This document shows, in pieces, positions 36,902 to 45,943 of a DNA stretch of 64,000 nucleotides. How positions within the stretch are numbered: the stretch's first letter is position 1; each line of letters starts with the position of its first letter. A model generated the notes under the pieces. The model made no database searches. It was given only the letters and a program-made list of their open reading frames with translations, and had not been told where the DNA came from. The translations under genes and the position numbers were made by a program. The stretch is taken from positions 5,642 to 69,641 of the forward strand of contig DXFQ01000013.1 in assembly GCA_019114365.1 (NCBI GenBank). The letters are read 5' to 3'. Origin of the DNA: Candidatus Akkermansia intestinigallinarum. Its GTDB lineage: Bacteria > Verrucomicrobiota > Verrucomicrobiia > Verrucomicrobiales > Akkermansiaceae.

Positions 36902-39900
36902 TCAGACGTTGAGTTGCGTGCCGGTTGTCGTGGCCAGCGAGTCGGAGGCGGTGGCTAAAGCCGCCTGTTGCGTGGCGGAGAGGGTTTGCTCACTCTGGCT
37001 GACGCTGCTGCTGACATCGCTGACGACTTCGGACGCGTCTGACACCGCGCGTTCGCTCGCCGAGACGCTATCGCTGCTGGCAACAACGCTTTGATCGCTT
37101 GCGCTGGCCGATGCCGAGTCGTTTTTGAGGGCGAGTTCCTGTTTGTCGACGGCGTCAATTTCCGCCTGAAGCGTCGTTTGATTTGACTTGAGCGTTTGCA
37201 CCTCTTCCATGCCCAAGGTCAGGTTGCGTTTGGAGAGGTAGCAGAGGTTGGCGAGCTTGTTCATGACTTGCTCGGTTGTTTTTTTGTCGAGAAGCGCCGT
37301 CAGGCCCGCAGCTCCGGCACCGAGAGCCAAGCCGACACCGGCTCCGATCGAGCTCCCCAGCCCGTTGGAGGATTTGAATGATGCCGTCTTCGGGCGGTCG
37401 GTGGCATTCGGTTTGGTGAAGCTGTCCGGGCTATCCTTGCTGCCTCCGAAGGCCGAGCCTCCGAAGGCTCCGGCCAGACTCGCGCCCCCGGCGGCAATTC
37501 CCGCCAACATCCATGAGTTCGTGGGGATTTTTTTGATGATGTTCGACATGGATGCGCGCTCGCTCATTGCAAAGAAACCCGCCAAGGGCGTGTTAGTTTC
37601 AATCAAATGGTTGTTGTAGTTCCAGATTTGGGGCGAGGATTGGGTCATGGAGGTGGCGTTGAGCTTGACCATGCTGCCGGTGACGGATACGAGCGAGGAG
37701 AGCTTGCTGGTGAAACTCAGTGCTCCCAGCCACCCCAGTGCCTGTTTGACGGTGGTGACGGCCGAGCCCGCGAAATCGAGAGTCGTCAGCCCGGCGGTTT
37801 TCCACCCGTCCTGCAGCGTGCCGCTGTAGATGGCGTCGCTGCTGCCGGCCGTCGAGACGTAATCTTTGATGGCCAGCGCCCCGTTGATGACGCCGTTAAA
37901 AACGGTATCTTGGATGGTTGCACCGCCGATGACGGTTATTTCCGGCGCGTAGAGCTTGGCGGAGAAGTCCGTGATGGCAAAGACGGAGCCCAGCACCGTG
38001 GACGATTTAACCTGATTCGTGGCGATGGAGGTGATGTAGGGGCCCTTGGTGACGACGCCGCTGGAATCGACGAGAATCGAACCGCTCATGGGCAGACCGG
38101 CGTTGCTCAGCAGGTGCGTGGCCTGGCTGTCGTCTGCCGTGTTGTAGGCCGGGTAGGCGCCGGGATGGAGCACTTTGCCGGTGGCGCTGGTGATTTGAAT
38201 GCCCGCTTCGGTGATGCGGACGGAGGATTTGCCGACGCGCAGGGTGATTCCCTGTGCCGCGGTGACGACAATTTCTCCGCCGGCGTTGATGATCTGGTGA
38301 TCGGCGGATTGCAGCAGAACATCGCTGTTGGAGTAGATGTTGACGCCTTCGAAATGCGGGCGGGTGGCGGGGCTGTTGTATATCTCTTGTGCATCCTGAG
38401 CCGCATTGGCCATGGCGTAGCCGCCGGAAGAATCCGCCTCGGAGACGAAGCCCATGACGGTTTCAACGATGCTGCTGGAGAGGTAGGTGTTGGTGATGTG
38501 CTCGCTCTGCTCGACGGGTTTGACGCCGTTGTCGAGAGCGATGAGCTGAATCTGGCTGAACGGTAGAGGCTTGGCGGCCAGATCCGTGACGGACATCGGA
38601 CGCGTGGCGGCCTCGGCCTCCGTCGTGCCGTTGGGGCTGCCCGCGCTTTCCACTTCCAAGTCGATTTCTTGGCCGGAGGGGGCCGCGGGATCGGTGTAGG
38701 TGCGTTCCGGCAGGTGGGTGCGGTTGCGAAGGGTGACGGCGGACAAATCCGTGGTTGAGTCTGCCTTCTGCCGCGTCCGGCGATTGAGGGTTTTGAGCCG
38801 CGCCAGCGGGGCGGCGTTGCTGTCGCGGAAAAGGGAGGTGAGGGCTATGGGGATGCTCAGGTCACCGCGGTCGAGGCAGACGAGGACGTTCCCCTTGCGG
38901 GGGCGGGCGAGAAGTCCGCTGTTTTTATCGGCATAGGGAGAGGCCATTTCGACCCAAAGAGTGTTGGAGAGCTGAGCCTCTTGCCCTTCTCCCGCGCCCC
39001 ATGCGGCAATTTCGCGGACTTTGCAGAGGTTGCGGGAGCTCTCATCGCCGTAGCAGGAGGCGTCCTCCACAACGGCGAGAAAGCAGCGCATGCGCGGTTC
39101 CGGCCAGGCGGCAGCCTCCTGCAGCGGGCTATCCGAAAGTCCGGGGCGATCCTCTGTATGCACGGGGCGCGGCAGCAGACCGATGGCAAGGTCGCTGTCC
39201 GCCGGCATGCCTTCGATGGTGACAGCCCAGCTCTTATCGGTGGCGGTGATGGTTTGGCGTATGATGACGCATTCTGCGGAGGGGCGGCACTGGGGATGCG
39301 TGCCGTTTTTCCACTTGATTTTGTGCCCGACGGCCAACGCCTGAAAGGCTTCGCTGCCGTTCGGGTAGCGGTAGTGACCACGGCAGTAGCTGCCGTGACT
39401 GCGGGCTGCCTGAAGCGTGGCCAGCAGGCGCTTGGCATCGGGCGCCGAGCTCAGCTGATCCCAAGTGTCGTCGTGCAGGCTGTACAGAACGGCGCAGGAG
39501 GCGGGCTTTGCGGCATCCGTGCTGCCCTGATTGTAATTTTGCAGGGCGATTTCCCCCTGCTTCAGATGCCGGATGCCGTAGTTGGCCTTCCACAGCGTCG
39601 CGCGGGAAGAGACGGGCACCATGACGGCCGGAGCCTCGTCTTGCCCCTTGGCCGTGAAGGGCTCGCGATCCGCTTCAACCGCGTCGAAAATGCAGAGTTT
39701 TTCTTTCGGAACGGCACCTTGCTCTTCGGCGGGCATCGTCCAGACGTAGGCTAGTCCCCAAGCGGCCAGCAGGCGGGAGAAGAAGTTGTAGTCGCTTTCG
39801 TCGTTTTGGACAAGCTGGATGAAGGCCGGTAGGTGGCTCTTGGCTTTGCTGCTGATGGTGAGGTCTCCGCTCCCCCAGCGAGACACCAGCAGATGCAGCA

Positions 39901-40375
39901 GCTTTTCAGCAGGCGCGGCCGTTTTATCTATCCCCGTTATATCGATGTTTTGGATTTCTTTAGCGCTGTAGACCAATCGGTTGCGTGAGTAGCACGCTTT
40001 GGCGAGAGCCGGGCGGATGGTCCACTTGTACCACGAGAGCTCCTTGCCCCCCTCGGTGAGCTCGCTTTCGGCGGTGGTGTAGCTCAGCGTTGATTCAATG
40101 CTCATGACGACGCCATAGAGGGAGTGCAGCACGCGCTCCCCTTCCTGCACGTGCAGACTGATGCGCTTGCCGAGCTGCGTCAGGATGGTCTCCGGCTCTT
40201 CGGCGGTTTTGACGAGGATATCGTAGGCGTAGAGCGATGAGACGGCCTCTTGGCCGGACAGGATGCGGGTAGGTGTGATGTTGAGATGGTCTTGAGCGCT
40301 TGCGGCGTTAGTCCCGTTATTCTCGGGACTTGCTTCTGCGTCGTTGAAGAGCGTTAGTGTTAATTTAAGACTCAT
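36902..40375 (-). CDS. vgrG: Divergent VgrG-like spike protein with extended C-terminus (1157 aa)
   Basis: G.EAVSSLY.Y, QNDESDYNFFSRLL, gp5 OB-fold-like WVEMASPYA..NSGL.ARPRKGN.L...RGD..IP, beta-helix AGGEIVVTAAQGITLRVGKSSVRITEAGI. Confidence 0.8.
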   Translation of the reverse strand: MSLKLTLTLFNDAEASPENNGTNAASAQDHLNITPTRILSGQEAVSSLYAYDILVKTAEEPETILTQLGKRISLHVQEGERVLHSLYGVVMSIESTLSYTTAESELTEGGKELSWYKWTIRPALAKACYSRNRLVYSAKEIQNIDITGIDKTAAPAEKLLHLLVSRWGSGDLTISSKAKSHLPAFIQLVQNDESDYNFFSRLLAAWGLAYVWTMPAEEQGAVPKEKLCIFDAVEADREPFTAKGQDEAPAVMVPVSSRATLWKANYGIRHLKQGEIALQNYNQGSTDAAKPASCAVLYSLHDDTWDQLSSAPDAKRLLATLQAARSHGSYCRGHYRYPNGSEAFQALAVGHKIKWKNGTHPQCRPSAECVIIRQTITATDKSWAVTIEGMPADSDLAIGLLPRPVHTEDRPGLSDSPLQEAAAWPEPRMRCFLAVVEDASCYGDESSRNLCKVREIAAWGAGEGQEAQLSNTLWVEMASPYADKNSGLLARPRKGNVLVCLDRGDLSIPIALTSLFRDSNAAPLARLKTLNRRTRQKADSTTDLSAVTLRNRTHLPERTYTDPAAPSGQEIDLEVESAGSPNGTTEAEAATRPMSVTDLAAKPLPFSQIQLIALDNGVKPVEQSEHITNTYLSSSIVETVMGFVSEADSSGGYAMANAAQDAQEIYNSPATRPHFEGVNIYSNSDVLLQSADHQIINAGGEIVVTAAQGITLRVGKSSVRITEAGIQITSATGKVLHPGAYPAYNTADDSQATHLLSNAGLPMSGSILVDSSGVVTKGPYITSIATNQVKSSTVLGSVFAITDFSAKLYAPEITVIGGATIQDTVFNGVINGALAIKDYVSTAGSSDAIYSGTLQDGWKTAGLTTLDFAGSAVTTVKQALGWLGALSFTSKLSSLVSVTGSMVKLNATSMTQSSPQIWNYNNHLIETNTPLAGFFAMSERASMSNIIKKIPTNSWMLAGIAAGGASLAGAFGGSAFGGSKDSPDSFTKPNATDRPKTASFKSSNGLGSSIGAGVGLALGAGAAGLTALLDKKTTEQVMNKLANLCYLSKRNLTLGMEEVQTLKSNQTTLQAEIDAVDKQELALKNDSASASASDQSVVASSDSVSASERAVSDASEVVSDVSSSVSQSEQTLSATQQAALATASDSLATTTGTQLNV

Positions 40376-40396
40376 GAAGAGGTGAGTGCTGTTGCG

Positions 40397-41611
40397 TTAC
40401 GCATGACGCCCGAAGCCGGAACGGGCGTGAAAGACACTGTCGTCCGCAGGTGCGGCGTTTGAAGCGGGGGCTGTAGGGTCTGTGCGTACGGGCTGCCCAT
40501 GCTCGTCCCAGGTGCAGGTGCCATCGGCGCACTCGATGCCCAGCTCGAGAAAGCGCCGATATCGCTCATCATAGTCCATTTCTCCTCCCTCCTGCAGAGC
40601 CAGTTGAAGGAGCGTCTTGCTGATGCCTATAGGCGGAAGCGCCGGGTTTGTGGGGGCGATGCCGGTTTCGGTTTTGAGGTTGGTCGAGCTCCAGAAGGCG
40701 GCGTAGGCCAGCATGGACTCCGGCCCGCTCTTGGCCGCGATGGCGGCTTGGCAGGCGAGTTGGCCGTTCTCATCGGAGGGCACGAGCAGCCAGCGCAGTG
40801 CTGCTTGCACGGCAGCCGCTTTTTTTGACGCTGAGGGCAGGGGCGGCAGTCCCTTGAGCTTCAGAGGGAAGTGTTTGCCCATTTCCTCATCGAGTGCAGG
40901 CTTGATGGCTTGGGTTTTCTCTTCAAGGGCCCTATAGACGGGACCGAAGGACAGAGGGTGCTCCGCTTCCGGCTTGGGGGTGAGGGACTCATGGTATTGA
41001 TCCAGCTCCCGAAGGGCCATCTCTTTGAATTGGTTGACGACGTCCTCCATGGGCAAGGGGGCGTTGGGATCTCCGAGCACGTCCTGAGGGAGTGAGTCTC
41101 GCATTTGTTCCATGAATTGCCGTATGTAGTTAAGCTTGACTTCCAGGCGCTGGTCGGGTGTCAGGTAGTCGCGGTTTTTGACTTTTTCTTCGAGCTCGGA
41201 TCTTAGTTGCTCGATGCTTTTCATGCGCTCGCTGATGTCTTGTTCGATACCGGATGTATCGGTCAGCTTGGCCGCCAAGGCGTCAACGCTTTTTTGTCGG
41301 CGCTCCGTGGGGGTGCACCCGTCTTTGGCCAGATCTTGTTGAATGTCATCCTGCACCAGTTGCAGGCAGAGGTATGCCCACCAGACGCCGACGCGCGGGA
41401 TGAGGCAGGCGCTGAGCAGATTGACGGCGGCTTCCGTCTTTCCGTGCATCAGCAGGATTTGAAGTGCCAGCTCATTGCCGATTTGATCGGTGGGGAAGAG
41501 CTCCTGTACTTCGTCTTCCGGTGCGTACCCGCGGAGCATCATGGTGCTTGCCAAGTTTTCTTGGTGCAGGAAGATGCAGGGCTTGCTGAATTGATGACCG
41601 TTCCAGCTCAT
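40397..41611 (-). CDS. DUF6931-like VgrG-associated protein, paralog of 35693-36892
   Basis: Colinear paralog (MSWNG.QF, VWWAYLCL, HFPL.LKGLPP, PESMLAYAAFWSSTNL, RSGFGR). Confidence 0.6.
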   Translation of the reverse strand: MSWNGHQFSKPCIFLHQENLASTMMLRGYAPEDEVQELFPTDQIGNELALQILLMHGKTEAAVNLLSACLIPRVGVWWAYLCLQLVQDDIQQDLAKDGCTPTERRQKSVDALAAKLTDTSGIEQDISERMKSIEQLRSELEEKVKNRDYLTPDQRLEVKLNYIRQFMEQMRDSLPQDVLGDPNAPLPMEDVVNQFKEMALRELDQYHESLTPKPEAEHPLSFGPVYRALEEKTQAIKPALDEEMGKHFPLKLKGLPPLPSASKKAAAVQAALRWLLVPSDENGQLACQAAIAAKSGPESMLAYAAFWSSTNLKTETGIAPTNPALPPIGISKTLLQLALQEGGEMDYDERYRRFLELGIECADGTCTWDEHGQPVRTDPTAPASNAAPADDSVFHARSGFGRHA

Positions 41612-41637
41612 GTGATGAGTTTCCGTTTGAGAATGTT

Positions 41638-44600
41638 TCAGGCATGCTGTTCCACACCGCTGTGGAGCTCGGCGTTGCTGGCTTGTTGCCGCAAGCTCTC
41701 GGTGACGGTTTGGACGGAGGTGCGGGTGTCGCCGATTTCGTTGGAGTGCATGAACGTCACGCTTTGACGATTGGTATCTACGGTCATGACGGTTTGCCTG
41801 ACCTGTTGATCATCATCGATGACGGTTTCTTTTTTGAAGTTGACGGCGTGGATGTTCTCTTCCAAAACACTGCTTACCGTTGAGCCTTCGACCTCATTCT
41901 TTCTGAGGGCTGTCGTCTTCCGGTAGAGCGTTTCTTCCGCCGTGCCGGCGGCATCAAGGCTCGTCCGGCTGATCATGATTTTACAGGCGGCTTCAATGAG
42001 GGCGGTGACTCCGAGCAAGCCTAGGGAAGCGAGTAGGGTATGAACTTCTGCACCTCCTTTGCCCGTTGAGCTTTCCTTTTGAGCCTTGCTCCGTTCTTCA
42101 TCGAGCTCTTTGTTTTCGTGCTTGCCGTACTCTTCCTCCATGGTTGCTTCAGCGCAGAGGATGCCTTGGATGAGGGTGAAGAGATCCTGATGTTCTTTCC
42201 ACTGCTTCGTGTGCGACATTTTGGCGGCGATCGCAGCATTGATCTTGGCGGTCATAGTGTTGGACGTCTTCGTGGACGATGAGATGACCTTCGCTAGGTT
42301 GGAGGCCATGTCAGCCAATCCGGCCCGCGTCTGAATCGCCTTGAATCCTGCCAGAGGGGCCACGTTGTCCGACATGGACGCAGCATAGCGTTTCATGCTG
42401 ACGGCGTATTCCTCGAGGGTTTTCGGGGAGAGTTTGATCAGACTCCCCGTAAGGGAAACGAGGTTTTTGTAGTTCTGACCACCGTTCTTCGCATGCCCCA
42501 TCAAGGTTAGGACCAGGTCGATTCCCCCGGCCAGCAGGGAGGCGATGGTACCTACACAGTTGGCAAGTTCGGGATTCGCGAGTTTGTGTCCGTCGACCAA
42601 GGGGCCGGTGTAGGCAACGGAGGAGCTTGTTTCGGACAGGCTTGTGTCAAAAGCCAGACTCTTGACGACTCCGCCCGTGACCAGATTGTGGACGCTGTCT
42701 ACCAAGGCGGCTCCGCCCACGATGGTGGTGGTGGGTGCGTAGAGCTTGGCGGCGTAGTCGGACACGGTGAAGGAGGAGCCCAAGAAGGTTGACGCCTTGA
42801 ACATGTTGGTGGCGAAGTTGGTGACATAGGGTCCTTTGACGGTGACGCCGCTGGTGCCGACTTGGATGGATCCGCCCAGTGCCATTCCCGTGTTGCCGGA
42901 GCATTTGACGATTTGCGCTGTCTCGCCGCTATGATAGGGTGCATAGGCTCCGGGATTTTGCACCAGCCCGGCGGGGCAGGAGATTTCAACGCCGTCTTCT
43001 GAAATTCGAATGGAGGATCTGCCGACGCGCAGGGTGATGGCTTGTGCCGCGGTGACGACGATTTCTCCGCCCGCGTTGATGATTTGATGGTCGGCGGATT
43101 GCAGCAGCAAATCGCTGTTGGTGTACATGCTGATGCCTTCGAAATGCGGCCGTGTGATGGGGGCGTTGAGCGTGTTGAGGGCGTCTTTAGCGGCTCCCGC
43201 CATGACGTAGGAGGAGTTGTCCATATCCATCGCCATGCCGGCGATGGTTTCCACGACGGCGCTGGAGAGGTAGACCTTGCTGATGGCATCCTTTTGCTCA
43301 ACGGGCTGCACGCCGTTGTCCAGCGATACCATCTGAATTTGGTTGAAGGGAAGGCGGTTTGAGGCCAGCTCTTTGACGGAGATGGGGCGCGTGGCCTGAA
43401 CGTCATAGCGAGTGGTGGCCGTGCTGCCGCCGATGCCCGTCGAGCCGTCGCGGACGTTGAGGTCGAGCTCGTTTTGGCTCAGCTCGTCTTTCTCCAGCAG
43501 GAAGTCGCGTGCCGGAACGCGGGTGCGGTTGCGCAGGGTGACGGCGGAGTAGTCGGTGACGTTGCTTTCCGCATTGTTGCGGGTCTTGCGATTCAGCGTG
43601 TGGAGCTCGGCAAAGGGTGCGGCATTGTTGTCGCGGAAGAGGGAGCTGATGGCCAGCGGGATGCTCATGTCGCCGCGATCGAGGCAGAGCAGCACGTTGC
43701 CCTTGCGGGGGCGGGTGAGCAGCCCGCTGTCGTTGTCGGCAAAGGGCGAGCCCAGCTCGACCCAGAGGGTGTTTGCCAGCGTCATCTTTTCGCCGTCGGA
43801 TGTCGCGATGGTTTGTGCGGCGATTTCGCGAACTCGACAGAGGTTGCGACGGGGCAGGGTGCTGTCGATGGGCTTACCCGAACTGTCCGTGCCGGCGATG
43901 TAGGTGCTGCCGTCTTCGACGACGGCCAGAAAGTAGCGCATGCGGGGCTCCGGCCAAGCGTCGCCGATGATGAGTTCTTCATCGCTGAGATCCGGGGCGT
44001 TGTTGAGCCGCACGGGCTTCGGCAGGACGCCGAGCCCGGATTGTTCATCCGGCGCTCGCCCGTCAATGATCGCATCCCATGACTGATTCGCCGCGCTGAC
44101 GTGCATGCGGGTGATGTAGTAGCGTTGCGTGTTTCGGTACTGCGCGGTGTTGGTCGCCCATGTCACTTGTCCGCCTAGGCGAAGTTTGAGGGCGTTGGCG
44201 GAGGAGGCGAGGTCTCTGACGCGCACGGCTCCGTGGCAGGTGTTCCCGTTGTCGTTGCCGCTGCGGTGGATGCTGTCCGTTGGGCGGGCGAACGCTTTGC
44301 CGAGGTTCTGATCCCAGCTTTCGTCGTGCAGGCTGACGCAGCTTGCCTTGCCCGGTTGCGGTGCGTTGTAATTCTCAACCAAGAGGGTGTCCTCGCCCTT
44401 CAGGTTTTGGACGCCGAAGCTGAGCTTCCACATCGAGGCGCCGGCAGAGACGGGCCGGATGGTCGGCAGATCCGCCGGGTCTGCCGGAAAGCCTCCCGGG
44501 CTTCGATCGGCGGCGGTATCGGTGGCGTCAAAGATGTTGACGACCTCGCGCTCTCCGTCGAAGGCCCATGTGTAGCCGAGCCCCCATGAGGCGAGCAGGC

Positions 44601-45162
44601 GCGCGAGAAAGTTGTAATCGCTTTCGTCGTTCTGGCGGACTTGGATGGTGTCCGGGATGCGCTTCTTTGCCTTGTCACTGAAGGTCAGGAGGGTGTTCCA
44701 GCGCTCTTTGTAGTAGGCCGTCAGCACCGAGCTTAAATCGAGGACTTGGGGATTTGCCGCGCTCTCGGTGTCTGTCGGGCTGAGTTCGGAGGCCGCGAAG
44801 ACGCGACGCCCGAGCGAGTAGCAGGCCTTGGCGAGCTCGGGTCTCACGGTCCAGAGGTACCAGCCGGCGTCTTCACCTTTGCCGTACTGTGTGGTGGATT
44901 CAATGGACAGGATGAGCCCGTGGACCGTTTGCAGAGGGCTTCCGCCGACGCGGACGGAGACTTGGATGCGTTGCCCGAGGAGTTGCTGCACGTCCGACAC
45001 GCAGTCGTCAAGGTTGCCCGTGGTCGCGGTCGCTTTGACGAGAAACTTGAATGAGTAGAGCGCGGAAAGCTCAAGCTCGCCTGCGATGAGTTTGGTGATC
45101 TCCATGACACAGTTCGCCGTTCTCGCGAAGTTGTGCTTGTAGGTGATGAGGGTTTCAGTCAT
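41638..45162 (-). CDS. vgrG: Divergent VgrG-like spike protein with extended C-terminus (1174 aa)
   Basis: G.LELSALY.F, QNDESDYNFLARLL, WVELGSPFA..DSGLLTRPRKGN, AGGEIVVTAAQAITLRVGRSSIRISEDGVEI; paralog of 36902-40375. Confidence 0.8.
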   Translation of the reverse strand: MTETLITYKHNFARTANCVMEITKLIAGELELSALYSFKFLVKATATTGNLDDCVSDVQQLLGQRIQVSVRVGGSPLQTVHGLILSIESTTQYGKGEDAGWYLWTVRPELAKACYSLGRRVFAASELSPTDTESAANPQVLDLSSVLTAYYKERWNTLLTFSDKAKKRIPDTIQVRQNDESDYNFLARLLASWGLGYTWAFDGEREVVNIFDATDTAADRSPGGFPADPADLPTIRPVSAGASMWKLSFGVQNLKGEDTLLVENYNAPQPGKASCVSLHDESWDQNLGKAFARPTDSIHRSGNDNGNTCHGAVRVRDLASSANALKLRLGGQVTWATNTAQYRNTQRYYITRMHVSAANQSWDAIIDGRAPDEQSGLGVLPKPVRLNNAPDLSDEELIIGDAWPEPRMRYFLAVVEDGSTYIAGTDSSGKPIDSTLPRRNLCRVREIAAQTIATSDGEKMTLANTLWVELGSPFADNDSGLLTRPRKGNVLLCLDRGDMSIPLAISSLFRDNNAAPFAELHTLNRKTRNNAESNVTDYSAVTLRNRTRVPARDFLLEKDELSQNELDLNVRDGSTGIGGSTATTRYDVQATRPISVKELASNRLPFNQIQMVSLDNGVQPVEQKDAISKVYLSSAVVETIAGMAMDMDNSSYVMAGAAKDALNTLNAPITRPHFEGISMYTNSDLLLQSADHQIINAGGEIVVTAAQAITLRVGRSSIRISEDGVEISCPAGLVQNPGAYAPYHSGETAQIVKCSGNTGMALGGSIQVGTSGVTVKGPYVTNFATNMFKASTFLGSSFTVSDYAAKLYAPTTTIVGGAALVDSVHNLVTGGVVKSLAFDTSLSETSSSVAYTGPLVDGHKLANPELANCVGTIASLLAGGIDLVLTLMGHAKNGGQNYKNLVSLTGSLIKLSPKTLEEYAVSMKRYAASMSDNVAPLAGFKAIQTRAGLADMASNLAKVISSSTKTSNTMTAKINAAIAAKMSHTKQWKEHQDLFTLIQGILCAEATMEEEYGKHENKELDEERSKAQKESSTGKGGAEVHTLLASLGLLGVTALIEAACKIMISRTSLDAAGTAEETLYRKTTALRKNEVEGSTVSSVLEENIHAVNFKKETVIDDDQQVRQTVMTVDTNRQSVTFMHSNEIGDTRTSVQTVTESLRQQASNAELHSGVEQHA

Positions 45163-45221
45163 GGCGGGAGGTGTCGGGTGAGCGTGAGGGGGGGCGAGGA
45201 GAGCTCGAGGGGGCGAAGCGT

Positions 45222-45935
45222 TCAGTCCTTGGGGCGGCGGCGGCGCAGGGACAGGGCGGCGAGGGCCAGCAGGCAGAGGGTGGCGCTGCCGGGCTCGGGA
45301 GTGAGGGTGAGGATGAGGGATTGCCCGCCGTCCGCGAGCGAGAGGGCGGCATGGGTGGTGGCGCCGTCGGCTCCGATGAGGCTGATGTCGTTGAGCACGT
45401 CATCGCTGAAGGCTTCTCCCCCGGTCTCGAAGAGGGTGAAGCTCAGGCCGGAGGTGAAGGCGTCCGCGCCGCAGGCGGTGAGGTCTATCGTGACCTTGCT
45501 GAGCGAGACGCCGCTTTCGCCGACGAAGAGGGGCGTATCGGCGGCGGTCTCAGCTCCGATGAGAAGAGTGACGGAGCTGAGGCTGATCTCGCCCCCGGCG
45601 AAGAAGAGACCGCTGTTGCTCGACGCCTCCAGCGTCAGGTTGCTGATGCCGATGTCGCTCTCGGCGCTGCATGCCCGCGGGGAGCTGAAGCCGCTCTCGG
45701 CGCGGAAGCTCAAGGTGGTGGCTTCCGCGTCGGCGCTGAGGTATTTGTTCGCGGGTGAGACGAGCTCGCGTTCCGGGTCGAGCGTGATTGACTGAAGCAA
45801 AAAAACTTCGGAATCGTAGCTGTCTTCCCACGCCGAGGCAAACTGATAACTCTCCTCCACCTCCGCCGCTGTTGCCGCAGGCGGCAACAGGGCGAGGAGA
45901 GCGAACAGCGGGGCGATGGCGCAGCACTTCGACAT
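45222..45935 (-). CDS. PEP-CTERM sorting-domain surface protein
   Basis: Signal peptide; Ser/Thr-rich beta-like body; C-terminal TPEPGSATLCLLALAALSLRRRR. Confidence 0.85.
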   Translation of the reverse strand: MSKCCAIAPLFALLALLPPAATAAEVEESYQFASAWEDSYDSEVFLLQSITLDPERELVSPANKYLSADAEATTLSFRAESGFSSPRACSAESDIGISNLTLEASSNSGLFFAGGEISLSSVTLLIGAETAADTPLFVGESGVSLSKVTIDLTACGADAFTSGLSFTLFETGGEAFSDDVLNDISLIGADGATTHAALSLADGGQSLILTLTPEPGSATLCLLALAALSLRRRRPKD

Positions 45936-45943
45936 GGGATGAC

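Noticed and set aside
35693-45162. Classical enzymatic T6SS toxins (Rhs, nuclease, lipase, amidase)
   Set aside because: No YD/Rhs repeats, HNH, HKD, convincing lipase or NlpC/P60 motifs recognised in the VgrG extensions or neighbouring genes.
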